Positions 41,673 to 55,997 of a stretch of 64,000 nucleotides of DNA are shown piece by piece. Numbering within the stretch: the stretch's first letter is position 1; the number at the start of each line of letters is the position of its first letter. The notes below the pieces were generated by a model that saw only the letters and a list, made by a program, of their open reading frames with translations, was not told where the DNA came from and made no database searches. The position numbers were made by a program, and so were the translations under genes. Source of the DNA: the human T2T-CHM13v2.0 reference genome, Homo sapiens; the NCBI RefSeq assembly GCF_009914755.1, contig NC_060925.1; one strand, 5' to 3'.

Positions 41673-43689
41673 TTCTATGATTCTAGGATTAGTTTTCAGT
41701 TTTTAATGAGCCCTGTGCTCATTGGCTGTGAACTTTACAAGTATTTCTCAGTAACTGCTCTTCTTACCCCAAGGTGCAACAGAATGGCTAGAGGGAGCTG
41801 AAGTTGGAGTTTACCCCTTCCCTTTAAATGCTATTTTTAATGACCATTTAATGGTATCCTGCTACTTTTTATACTCTTTCTTACATATAACCTTATTTTT
41901 ATTTAACGCAGTAAATTTTCCTCTATATTTATCCACATATTTGCTGGTTTACTTGCTCACAATTCCTTCCTTCACACCAGGCCTATTTTCTGGAAACATT
42001 ATATATCCTTATGAAAAGTATTCTCGAAAAATTCTTTTATTGAGAGTCTGCTGGTGATAATATTGATATATATATCTGTAAACTAAAAATGCATTCTTTC
42101 TTTCTTGTTTCTAATTGATGGTACTACTACAAATACAATTCCATATTTCTTGGTTGCCTTCTCTCTGCATTTCAAAGGCACTACTCTGCTGTCTTCTGGC
42201 TTTCATTGTGGCTGTTGAGAAATATATCAGTAGTGTCTTAGAAATTAATTTCTTACACTTTGTATTTTTCTCTCTGGCTGTTTTTAGGATGCTGTTCTGT
42301 CTTTGGTGATTATCAGATTTCTGTCTTTCTGGCTGCTTGGTCTTTGGTGATTATTGGATTCATTATATTATACCTATGTATGCATTTACTTTTCTTAGCC
42401 TACTTGGGATTCAGAAAAATCATGTCATTCCTCACCTTTAGATAATTCTTTACTCTTATCCCTTCAAATATTATCTTTTCTTTTACTATGTTTATACTTT
42501 CACTATCTCTATTTGCTTCTTCTGTAAGGCTGTCTTAATTTATCTCCATGCTCATAACCTCTTTTTCATGTTTTCAACTTATATTTTAAAAGCATTTATG
42601 CACATACCTATCTCACGGAAAGAACTAGTACAAGTGTTTTTCAAAGATTAATAATATCATCATGTCAGTGAGGAAAGAAAATTCTTTACCTTGACTTACT
42701 AAACATATATCAAATGTAGATCCTATAATATGAACTGTGTGAATGCTAGTTATATAAAAATGAATTAATTTACTAGCATTACAATAATTAAAATATAAAT
42801 AAAATATATTTAGGGTAAAATCTGCGAACAAACAGAGAAAAAATAAGCAGTGGTAAAGCCTGATATATAATATAAATATGACACAAATTAGTCATGATGA
42901 TTCATACTTTTGGACTTTGGTGCTCTAAAGGAATCTTTCAAAAATAACAGAAATATTCATTTATATAATAAGCATTCTAGAGTGTGATGTTGGCACCATT
43001 CAAATTATTGAGTGGTAGGAAGGCTTATTATATAAAAAGTTTCAAGCTGGCTGTGCTATTTATAATGCTAACAAAAATTTATACTGATAGTTTGATTGTA
43101 GTTAATTCATAAGATCTATGATTAATGTTATAAAAGGGTCATAAGTTAGAGCCAAAGAATAAGAAGTGTTCATGGTTACTAATAAATTGCTCTGTGAAGG
43201 CTTGGCTACCCTTGCAGGTAATGATGTCACAAAATGACGAAAGAATAGCTAAGTAGCCAATGAAGTGCCAATGCTTGGCTGAGACACTGATCATTGCATC
43301 ACTCTTGGCCAGAGCCCCGAAAGGTAAATGTAGTTATTAAAGGAAAAAGACAACTCATAAGGATTCAAGTTTCAACTGACAACACTTTTCTTAAAACTAG
43401 ATTCTATTCAACACTTGAACTCTTAGATCAAGTAAAGAAAGTACTAGATAAGAAAAAGAAGTAATAAATATATTATAGCTTTGCAAATATGTTAGTTGAC
43501 AGATAAACCCAGGCTTCCAATTCCTAGCTTGTATTATGTACCTATGAGCTTAATATATACACTTTGATACTTATAATGGATTTCTGATTAAGTGGGCCAG
43601 AGATACCATGTTGCAGTAAAGCTAACAGCACATGTAATTAGGGAATGATCTAAAAGTGGGGGTGAGGTGGGATTTAAAAGCCTATGTAC

Positions 43690-44100
43690 GAAAATATTAC
43701 ATACCAAATAACACTATGCTAAGAAATTTTGGAACAGGCAAAACTAATCTGTATTGATAGAAAGAAGATTGGTGGTTTCCTGGGATTGGGGGTTCAGAGA
43801 CAGCACTGACTGCAAAGAAGCATAAGAGAACGTTTGGGAGAGTGAAACATTCCATCTCTAGACAGGGATGGTGATTACACAGGGTACACATATGCCAAAA
43901 CTCATCAAACTATATATTTTTAAGTGGGTATATTTTATTGTACACAAATCACACTTTTGATGTAAAAAGAAAAAAACACTAGTTTTGCCAGATGTTACCA
44001 TGGGACAAATTGGTAGAGTACACAAATTGTCTTTATATTATTTTTTACAACTGTATATAAATCTATAATTATCTCAAAATTAAAAGTTTACTTAAAAATG
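43690..44100 (+). mobile_element. Old L1M 3'UTR fragments
   Basis: aacaggcaaaactaatct...gtggtttcctggg...ggtgattacacagggta...caaaactcatcaaact. Confidence 0.65.
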
Positions 44101-44993
44101 CAAGTAACAGTGGCTATTTTTTATTCAAATGAAATTAAACATTTATAAATAACATGTTTGTAACTTGTGAGATATATAATGATTCATGCAAGTTCAATAC
44201 CATGTATTTCTAATTTCTACTTTGAAATATTTAACTTTGTATGAAAGTTAATGAATAGCATCTAGGCTTTTGGATTTGTTTCACCCTAAATCAGTTCTAA
44301 AGTGAGCCTAGTAAATTAAGCATTTACTGCTTTTTTTTCATTCTTGGAAAGAAATGCGACAAGTATTCTAAAAGTATTCTCTATGAGTGAAGTATTTATG
44401 GTATGTATCATACATTAAAGTCAAGGCCTTAAAATTGCCAGTACAATACAAAAATGTATCGGAGTTCCTGGTCAAAGAGTGCAGAGGAGAATCAGTGAGG
44501 CTCCCCAAGGTAAATGTTTTTAGATGTCAAAAATGTAATTAAAAAAAAAGTAAGCATGGCTTTAATTTCATCTCAGAGTAAACAGTGTCTTTGCCAATAG
44601 ATTTTCTTGAGTTGTTTTCGGTTATTTGTGAGTTTTTATTTTTATAAAGGGGTAAAAGAAATAGGAGTTAACAATGAATATAGCAATGAACAGCTGGTCT
44701 TTCTCTACTCAGAATAATTAAAAATGTATTCTAGCTTCTAGTGTCTCAATCTATCCATCAGTTTTGCTTTAGGAGGTTAAGAAGCTCCGAGTCTTTCAAG
44801 GCCAGGTAGTTCACCAAAGTGATGTCGCCCATGTATAAGGATATACATAGTAGTGAATGTTGTAGCAAGCCCAAGAGTGATACTGTTGTAAATGTGGTAA
44901 ATGTCACCCTGAATCAGTGAGTTGTTGATGGCAGGAAATGGACACAGTGTTAGACTATGTTCTGATTAAGAGAAGTGAGGAATTAAAAATTTG

Positions 44994-46266
<1,273 letters not shown>

Positions 46267-48412
46267 TTAAATTAAAACTGTTTAAACACTGTTTCTACCT
46301 GTGAGCCACCAATTTGTGACATTGACCTTATAAACAAATGAATAGTATTTTGTACGGAAAATTCCTTAGGATGGCTAAATATGTGAACCTGCCCCTGAAT
46401 TCACCATTCACCTTTTCTCAACTTCATTCATTTTTGTTTCTACTAAAAACACTTTCTCATAGGAAAGACAATTGCCAAGAATTGGCATATTTTCAGTCCT
46501 TACATTTTCATCTGTTTGCCAAATGTCTGTAATATAATTCACAAAAGCCCTGTTTATTAAGTAATATTATTAATGGATAGCATAACACTGTGGAATTGAA
46601 GACATTCTTTTTGGATTATGTCCAGGTCTTAAAAAGAACATGGATCCCAATAGGAAGTGAATGGCTTATATTAAAACGTATAATTTTAAAAAGTAGAACA
46701 ACAAGAAAAGCATTAGAATAGGTATATTTTCAAATTACCGTAAGACGACTTTTCTCAGATATGTAAGTCTCTACTTGTATTAAAATACTTTGAATGGTAA
46801 CAAAGGAGAATGTCATGCCTATGAATGTTTCTATAAAATCATTTTTCATTTTCAACACATTATTGAAAATATCATAGGACTGAGAAATCATTCAACTTAA
46901 CAGTCTATTGACTTTTTCCCTGCAGCTGCATTTGCATTTGCCAAAGTTTGCTAAGTAAATTATATTTGTTGCTTTTTAAAATTTATGGCTAAATTCATAA
47001 ACTATCAAAATATGTCAAGGAGGAAAATAACAAAAAAAGTTTAGTTTTTCATTTTTGTTTTCAAAAGGTACTTAAGGTCTAAATAAGAAGCATTAAAATG
47101 TATTCTCAACCCAAATTATAGTTAATTAATTCACTAGTTCATAATCCAACATTCACCACCTGAGACCAAGTCTGAAAATCCCAACTTGTCTTCTGAAACC
47201 AATCATGAGCCTTCATTCATTTAATGGCTCTATTTTTAAGGGGAAGCATGAAATCATCCAAGAATCAGAAAATATCCAACACTTAACTGTGAGCAATTAA
47301 AGACAGAAAGATAAAACAAGACAGGACGTCACAAGCAAATGAGAGAGACTAATACCGACTGACTAGTCAACAGAAAGCAAGAGAAGCTCAGAAGAGAACA
47401 TATCATATGAAGGTATTAGCCAAACTGTAGCTTGCAAATACTAGACATATTCAGTTCAAGGTGCCCTGCTAAATTCATCCCAAAGCATTTTTTAATTGGG
47501 GTGTTAGTGGCTTTGTGGAGGAGAGGACAAGGTTAATGAAAGAAATCACTGATTATAAGGAAGTAAGTGTCCATCTTAAGGGATCAAAAGAAGACAGTAG
47601 AAAAATATAATAAATGTTGCTTTAACTTTAAAATCTAGAACAAATAAAATTGGCAAAAATTTAAACACACAATTATGGCTCAGTGAAGAATAAATCAATC
47701 AAGTTAATCCAATTAATTTCATTTCTGTGACAATATGATAAGCCATACAATCAAGCATATTAAAATCAGTTCTTCTAAAAGATTTTTCCTCATAATATAC
47801 TAATCAAATCAAATGCAAAGACTCTAGGCATTAGAAATCCAAAAGAAAACCATAAAAGATTTCTTCTTTTAAAGCAAGTATTGACTAATGGTGAGGACTA
47901 GATGTATATAAAGTAGTGATCTAGAAAATAAATTCAAAAGAATATCTAAATTAGAACATGAAAGTTTTGGTCTGAGCACATAGAAAGAAAGAAAGAAAGT
48001 AGGCCATAACTAAATCAAAGACTCTTAGTTGAAACTGAGGAGTGGGACTACGTTTTGAATGTGCTAGAGAAAGTCTGCATTATAGATAATATTCTTACCA
48101 TTGAACTATTCTCACTAATGTTACAGTCAAAAGCAAATTAGATCAGAGTAAGAATCAGAAGACAGAAATGGAATTTGCCAAAACCTTTACAGATGGTTTT
48201 TTAAAAAGCAAGATGCTCTATAATATCCTAAAATAAATTTCACAGAGAAGTGAAGTAACTAACTAAAACACAAGTGTAGGGCAAGGTCCAAGAGGCAGAG
48301 ATGTTCACAAGTCATACATGAGTGTATGAGACAGTGCTACCATCTGAAAAGCTAAAATGCACTAACATATAAGCCCATATTTCTGTAACAAAATGATAGA
48401 AATATAAGCATT

Positions 48413-48776
48413 TTATATAGTTTGTATGTTTGTCCCCTCCAAATCTCATGTTGAAATGTGATCCCCAGTGTTGGAGGTGAGCCTGGTGGGAGATGTTTGG
48501 GTTATGGAGGTGGATCCTTCATGAAGTGCCTTCCCTTCAGCAGTGAGACCTCACTCTGTTAGTTCATGGCTGTTTAGACACGGCTGTTTAAAAGAGGCTG
48601 GCTTCTGGCTTTGCCTTCTGCCATGATTGTAAGCTTTCTGAGGCCTCACCAGAAACCAAGCAGATGCTGGCACCAAGCTTGTATAGCCTGCAGTACCACA
48701 AGCCAAATAAACCTCTTTTCTTTATATTTACCTAGTCTCAGGTCTTCCTGTACAGCAATGCAAACAGACTAATACA
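48413..48776 (+). mobile_element. MSTB-like solo LTR
   Basis: gtttgtcccctccaaatctcatgttgaaatgtg...cagactaataca; TSD gcatt/ccatt. Confidence 0.88.
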
Positions 48777-48849
48777 CCATTCCATACACTTGTCATTGAA
48801 GAACTGCTTTTCAGAATGACAGCAATTATATAATGTAGTTCACTATATT

Positions 48850-49560
48850 TGAAAATTTAATTTTAGTAGAGGTGGACAAATTTTCCCCAAAACTATTGTG
48901 TCAATTGGCAATCCCATCAGTGATGTGTTAAAGGTTATATTCCCACAAGTACTAAATATTACCAATCTTTATATTTTCTGCTAATTTGAAATGTTAAAAA
49001 CAATTGTTGAATATGATTAAAACTGAGGTTGGGTAATCTTTTATATGTTTATTAAAGTTACAATTTGTTCATTTGTAAATTGCTTGTTCATATATTTGCT
49101 CATTTTTATCAGACTGTTATATTTTTCTTAATATTTTGTAAATGTTTGTGTGTTAGGAATCTTAACTCTTTACCTGTTAACATGATGCAAATATTTTCTA
49201 TCAATCCATCATTTATCACTACCTTACATTTATGTTAACCCTTATACTGTGTAGAATTTTAAATATTTATATAACAGAATATGTCATTAATTTCCTTCAT
49301 AGCTCCAGATGTTTGTTTCTGTTTGTATTTCATTTGCTTAGCTGATAAAAGCCCTCAACTTAAGATATAGAATTCTAATCTTTATTTTAATATATTTATA
49401 GTTATTTTTCACTAAAAGTTTAAGCCACATACATTTTTGTACATACAATCAGTAGAGCTCTAATTTTATTTTCTTGCAAATTAGCAGCCAGTTGTCTTAA
49501 ACATATTTACTGAAGAGTCTATATTATCTACTCTCATTATTGGTATAATTGTTACTGCTG
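48850..49560 (-). mobile_element. Diverged L1ME fragment
   Basis: atcccatcagtga...ttgttcatatatttgctcatttt...gcaaatattttc pattern. Confidence 0.55.
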
Positions 49561-50227
49561 TTGAACCGTCTTTCATATCAGCTATTTCTGATGTTGTTGC
49601 TAGATATTCCTACCAACGAATGTTTCTTGATTTTATTTCCACTTACCTCTTTTCCCTAAAGATGAAGCTAAAATTCCACCTCAACTATGGAATTCCCCTG
49701 ATCGTCACAGAAAACTAAAGTAACATAACTCATAAATCATTTTACTATAGATTTTCAATTAATTAAAATGCCTGATATTAGCAATAAATGAACCTTGATT
49801 GACATAAATACATAAAAATTGTTCTTCATCTAACGATGCTTTTGTTTATTGATACTTTTGTATAAATACCCTTTAGTAAGAATCAAACTATTTTTTGTTT
49901 AGTGCCATGCTATCCAAACACATTAAAAATTGTTTTATAAAACATGATAATGCTGATGAAACAAAGAAAGAAAAACAAAAGAGAAAAGAACCTTAGGGTT
50001 TGGTTTCAGTTGTAATTTCTCTGGCTGAAATTATTTTTAAAAACTACAATTTCAACTTAATTGATGGCTGTTATTTTTCTTAAAAAATCTGCAATAATTG
50101 ACATTTTAAGTTCATATCAGTTTTTAAATTTATTTTCATTTGTTAGGCCAAGATTAAGTTCATAGAATTTATAGTCACCATCTCTACTATTTTGTTTTTA
50201 GATTTCCATGCATAAAATAGAACTCAC

Positions 50228-50321
50228 ATGAAGTCCTTCAGTGAAGCTCTCCTGGGAGCAGAGGCATCTATATGGCTGGCTTGTTGTGTCGCAGTTATCG
50301 GCATGACCATGGCACTGACAT
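50228..50321 (-). CDS. USH2A: USH2A exon 9 (94 nt), laminin EGF 1: CQCHGHADNCDTTSQPYRCLCSQESFTEGLH
   Basis: Acceptor TTTGCAG|, donor CAT|GTGAGT; laminin CxCxGH signature. Confidence 0.96.
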
Positions 50322-50665
50322 CTGCAAACATGAGCATCACACACTCCTAAGGAACACCAACTCAACTGTGAATATATTTAAGGTCCTAGGACTATATGCA
50401 TTGTGTGAATTTAACAGGGAAGATTTTTGTATATTTAATTGATACAAAATCAGTTTCTCCTTAATCGTGTGGATATCCATACACGTTTTTAATTTATCTG
50501 GAAATGTCAGAAGGACTGTCACCAATATCCAAACCCGTGTATTGTAAAGATAATTTTCAAGCCAACCTCTAAAGGGAAATGGAATTTTTTATATCTATAC
50601 CAACCACGTACCAAGGGAAGGCATTTACTACACTATTTAAAATACAGTTAAGAATATAAAGTTCA

Positions 50666-51020
<355 letters not shown>

Positions 51021-51581
51021 TCAATTTTTTTATTTTTTTTTCCAAAGTTAGATGATGAATATTTAATAGTATTGCTTTGTTCATTATGCTATGACTTAGC
51101 AAACAAACAATGCTTATATACTGGTATTTTGGTCTGCTTTTAAAGACATATTTTATTCACAAGGCCTATCATTCCTCCAGAACAATCCATTCTAAATATA
51201 CTCTATATGTACATTTCTATATTAGACAGTATGCTGCCTAGGTTTGCAGCTGTCATTTCTTTTTAAATATTGTGAGTCATGTTCTCAATTATGATCAGAC
51301 ATTTATAAACTACTTAGGGCATATCAGATCTTTCCACTAAAGAAAAACAAGTATTACCCATGGAACTGTGCACTATGAACTCAGGTAGATCAAGATCTGT
51401 ACTTAAAAACTCTCTGGTGCTATAGTTACAACTCCAAATTCAGCTCCATCTCTTTGCTTTTGAGAATATTTGAAAATTATATTCCAGAACAAATCAAGTA
51501 AAATATTGGATAAATCACTTCTAAGTCAGATTCAGAGTATCATAGCTTCTAAAAGCAACAGCTTTTGAAAATCAATTCCTG

Positions 51582-51645
51582 TATATATAAATATATATAT
51601 ATTTATTTATAAAATACGTTTTATATATATATATATATATATATA
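51582..51645. repeat. (TA)n microsatellite
   Basis: Interrupted TA runs. Confidence 0.85.
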
Positions 51646-51816
51646 ACAATGTTATATAGAGAAAAGACTCACATACAGATCTTCCCCTAAAATCTTAGAG
51701 TATGAAATCATTTCAAAATGTAAAGCTTGAAATCTGGCTTGCTCTGACATCTTAATGTGCTGTTAAGACAGTAAGTATGACAAAAACCTTGTTGAAAACA
51801 AAATTCATAATAATAC

Positions 51817-52038
51817 CTCCCACTAATGGTGATTTCGTCCACTGCATAATATCTGTGTCTGAGGTTAACAGCAGTCTCAGTTGTATAGTACTGCCCATGA
51901 AAATGAAACCTTATTTGCGTGGCTTTTACGAACTCTTGAAGAGATGGAGTATTATAGAAGTTATTGTATCCAGGACGATAATTTGGTCCAGGTGTCAGGA
52001 TGCTAAATGTGACATTGCCACGGGAATATGGAGTAAAA
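51817..52038 (-). CDS. USH2A: USH2A exon 8 (222 nt, symmetric phase 2-2), LamNT: NFTPYSRGNVTFSILTPGPNYRPG...YYAVDEITISGR
   Basis: Acceptor TTAACAG|, donor GAG|GTATTA; open frame joining exons 7 and 9. Confidence 0.96.
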
Positions 52039-52510
52039 CTGTTAATGAAAGAAATTCGATGTCATGAAAATCTATTCACATTTTTGGCAAAACAGAAATC
52101 AAAATGTTGAGAAATTACTACACAGTATCAATAAAAGCTTAAATTATTCATTCTAGGAAAAGCATATTCCATATATTTCATATATAAACAATACAGGATT
52201 ATCATAGAAAGCCACACTAAAACAGTTCCTTGAAAACATAATGAAAATTCTATTTACATAGATAACTTGCCAAACAATCTGAAAATCAGATTGTGAAACA
52301 TCAGTGAGATTGAAATAAGAGTCACTCTAATGTCTTTTACAAGAACTTTAAACATAGTTTTAAGCCCAATTTAGGGATAAGACTTAGGAGAATCTGCCTC
52401 AAGGAAGTTGGTGGTGAAGGGAAGTCTCCACCAGCCTAGAGAGCTAGCATACTTGTACATTATTAATAACCAATCAGTCTATTAAATTAATTGTTTAAAA
52501 ATATTCATAC

Positions 52511-52695
52511 TTGGAAAGCTGAAGACAGTTGACAGAATCAGGTTTTTCCAAATCTCCATTGTTTTTCATTCCAAAAGCACCACAATTCCTGGCAAAATAT
52601 TGCCAGTCCTCCCAATCTAAACTATTTTCCTTCTTCCTTTGAATCCTTATTTCCGTTGGTTGTGGACTAAAGAACTGAATGATAATATAAAACAC
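52511..52695 (-). CDS. USH2A: USH2A exon 7 (185 nt), LamNT: VFYIIIQFFSPQPTEIRIQRKKENSLDWEDWQYFARNC...CLQLS
   Basis: Acceptor TTTTCAG|, donor CAA|GTATGA; ORF 52495..52695; laminin-type WQYFA motif. Confidence 0.97.
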
Positions 52696-53183
52696 CTGAA
52701 AATGGAAAGTTAATTAATGTAATTAAAGTTTTAAGTTTAACCATCAGTATATATCAAACCATGGAATTATTAGATTCAAATATATTGGCTCACTTCATCA
52801 TAATTATAGTTATCAAATATGTATTAGACATCCAGAAACTTCATAGCCCTGTGGTAAAAGCAACATATTCTATAATTGTGTATCTGTTCATTTGCTCAAG
52901 GATTTTATAAATCAACATGCAAATAAAGACATAAACAAAGAACATTACTTCTATGAAATAAATGTCATATATAGAGACTTCTTAATTTAGAAAAAGCACC
53001 TTAGTTTGTATTAATTTTTGCTACTTAATAAAAATAATTATTTTCAACATTTCATAAATATCATTTTGATACAAATCTCAAACATAAGGTCCTACATGTT
53101 GTCTTTTAGATATTTTTATTGTATACATTATAATACACTACTTTATTGAGGCAAGGTTCAATTGCCTAGTTCAGTTTTCACCT

Positions 53184-53626
53184 TGTAGTGGGTTGAATTG
53201 TGTTCCCAAATAGATATGTCCAAGTACTACTGTCCAAACCTGTAAATGTGACTTTATTTGTAAATAGGGTCTTTGCAGTATAATTAAGGATGTCAATATG
53301 AGATCATCCTGGGTCTAATAGGGTGGGCCTTATATAAGAGAAAGAAAAGGGATAATTGATGCTCACAGAGAAACAAGGAAGGACACCATGTGAAAATGGA
53401 GGCAGAGATTGAAGTTGTGGTGCCACAAGCCAAGTAACACCAAGGGCCACCAGGAGCTGCAAATGGCAAGGAGGGATCCTCCTCTGGAATCTTTAAGGGA
53501 ATGTAGCCCTGCCAACATGTTGATTTCATATTTCTGATCTCCAGAACTGTTAGGGAATATATTTCTGTTGTTTTAAGACATGAAGTTTGTGGGCATTTGT
53601 TGCAATAACCACAGGAAATTAATGTA
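53184..53626 (+). mobile_element. MLT1C-like solo LTR
   Basis: tgtagtgggttgaattg...aggaaattaatgta; perfect TSD cacct at 53179-53183 and 53627-53631. Confidence 0.88.
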
Positions 53627-53647
53627 CACCTTATCGTTTCTCATTAC

Positions 53648-53942
53648 CTGATACTGTCCATTTTCCAAATCAACTGAAATAGTCACTCCTTGATTAAGCT
53701 GTGTAATGTTTGTAAACACATTTGAAACCCATGAAGTACCAACATCATTATCATTGACAAAAGAGAGAGGATGGGCTTCAGGATTCAACCGTGACACTCT
53801 ATTATCAGCTGTGTCTCCTGCATCATTAGGAATGCAGTACCGCTGTGCCAAAGGGTGGACCCGCGGGTGGCTGCCAGGGCAACGGCAATGTGATTGGGCA
53901 TGCAATCTGAGAAGATCTCCAGAGAAGACTTCCAGAATCTCT
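53648..53942 (-). CDS. USH2A: USH2A exon 6 (295 nt), laminin N-terminal domain: EILEVFSGDLLRLHAQSHCRCPG...DLENGQYQ
   Basis: Acceptor CCCACAG|, donor CAG|GTAATG; overlaps ORF 53573..53905. Confidence 0.97.
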
Positions 53943-55933
53943 CTGTGGGAGTCAAGAGGGAGACTGTAAGGACAAAGAGCTTAACAGTAATAGAACTTCT
54001 AGGAGTCGTTACAAATGAATGTCACTCGTTTAGTGCTTTCATGAGTATCCATTTAGTTTTAATAATTTGATGCATGAAACATAAAATAAAACTTATTTTT
54101 GGCCAAATAAACAAATTCATTATCATAAAATGTATATCAAAACCCACACATTTTAATATTAACTTTTTATTTATATCAAGAAGCATGCATAAGCCCTTGT
54201 CTGATTATTAAGATACTTATTTAAATACCACAATATTTTACCGTGTCTATTTGTGATAATATAGAAATGATCACATTTACTTAGGATGCTAAACTAACTA
54301 CTGAGAGTGAACAATAATATATGGAGAACAATGAGAGTTATAGATAATGTTTTCAGTTCATCCATGGGAAAGAAGTACGAAAGCAAGTATCATTTTATCT
54401 GCTTCTGTTTTAAGTGAAGGACTGAGGCCAAGGCCATTTGTCAATGGTTTCCTGTGACTCATCAGTACAGATCCTGACATCCTGTAATGCTTCATTGGCT
54501 TCAGATCATATGGCGGCTGCCAACAGTCAAAGAATGCCAATTCCAGGTAGATATATTTAATTTTTCCATTAGGGGCAATATACTTGTTCTAGACCAGAAT
54601 TAGTCATTCTATTTATAGGCATTCTTCCACATAGCACCTTCCCAGACATTTCAGGTAGGCCAAAATTAGTAATCAAGGTCTTACCAGAGAAACCAGGCTT
54701 TTCCTCTCAGACCCCAGTGGAGCAGTGAAGGAGTCAGGCAGCTTTTCCATTCATTAAATCACATGAAGTCATACCTTCTTTAAATCTCATCAATTCTTTT
54801 CAACTGATACCAAGTTTTGAATGGGACCAAAAGCTACCAGTATAGAATCCAGTATAAAATCTTTCACTCCCAAGGAAAAACTTTATTCCCAAAGAATTAC
54901 TACAACATTGCCCTTCAGCATTTTAGACAAAGGTGATCTAAAATATAGTAAGGCTTTTGGCAGTAAATACACCTAACACTGTGTTCCAGGGCCATGGCAC
55001 CCTTTACTGAGGCATACCTTGATTATATAGCCTGGTAAGAAAGAATGTTTATATTGTTAATGATCTGCCATGGACTAAGAACCACATCAAAAGCAATGCT
55101 TCTAAATTTACAAGGGCTAGTCTTCTCATTTGGAAACCCACCACACTAATTTATATCTGCCTTGAAGAAATATGAATGAACATTCTTCTTTTTGATTTTT
55201 AATAGAAGTAAATAAGATCAACTCATCCATACAACAATATACTATTATACCATGATATCATAAGCTGAAGAAGAAAGTTCAAAGGCATCCTAAGCAGAAT
55301 TTCACTTAAATTTTTTAAAATTCTGTGTGCTTTTAAGAAGCCCTAAGAAAGATTTCCCATCTACTCTCAAGATAAGGAAATAATGTCATTAAAGCTAGCC
55401 TGAGTCTATATAATTATTTGTTCACTGAAAATAGAAAAATATATCACAATACTTCAAATGCTCATTCTTCTTGTCTCCAAGTCTAATAGATCAGTCTCTT
55501 GAGAATTTCCCATGTATCAAAATAATTAATCACGTTTATTGTTCTACATTCTCTAGTAGGTATAAAGTCAACAAACCAATTTAAAAAAGGCAGATGTAGA
55601 AGTTTCTCAAGTATTGTTAATAGAAACTACCTCATATAGAAAATTTAAGCATTGTATCCAAAGTTTTATAAAATGTTCAAATATCAAGTTTTCTTACAGA
55701 ATATCCTTAGGAAAAATGTGATCAATTTCATATTACAAGGAGTTCCTCAAGAGTAGCACTAGTGAATAACAACCATAGACTAAGCCAAAGCAAACACTGT
55801 AAACATTAATTAGGTGAAGTTTGCCAAATGCTATAAAGATAAAAAATGGTATAATCTACATAGTATTCTTATTTAAGTGAATTCAGCATTTATCCTTTCG
55901 GTTCTTGAGGTTTACAATGCAACATCTGCTTAC

Positions 55934-55997
55934 CTGTTTGTAAGTGCCACTTGGTATAATCGAAAATCTTGCATTCTTCCGACAAACTGCTCTAAAC
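55934..55997 (-). CDS. USH2A: USH2A exon 5 (64 nt), end of LamG-like domain: GLEQFVGRMQDFRLYQVALTNR
   Basis: Acceptor TTTGCAG| (AG at 55999-55998), donor CAG|GTAAGC; phase joins exon 6. Not in the ORF track. Confidence 0.96.

Larger units (their letters stand above)
37905..41830 (-). mobile_element. L1MC/MD-type fragments (ORF2 37905-38405; ORF1/5' region 38405-38728 and 40098-41830) hosting later insertions
   Basis: ORF 38072..38401 carries RT-like GFISGLQDWFSIQKS...EKVFDKIKHPFMIKTL; host sequence is continuous across the 38729-40097 insert. Confidence 0.8.

Noticed and set aside
51667-51680. Cryptic donor TAT|GTGAGT 144 nt past exon 8
   Set aside because: Single motif with weak exonic bases; the extension hits TGA at once; nothing else supports it.
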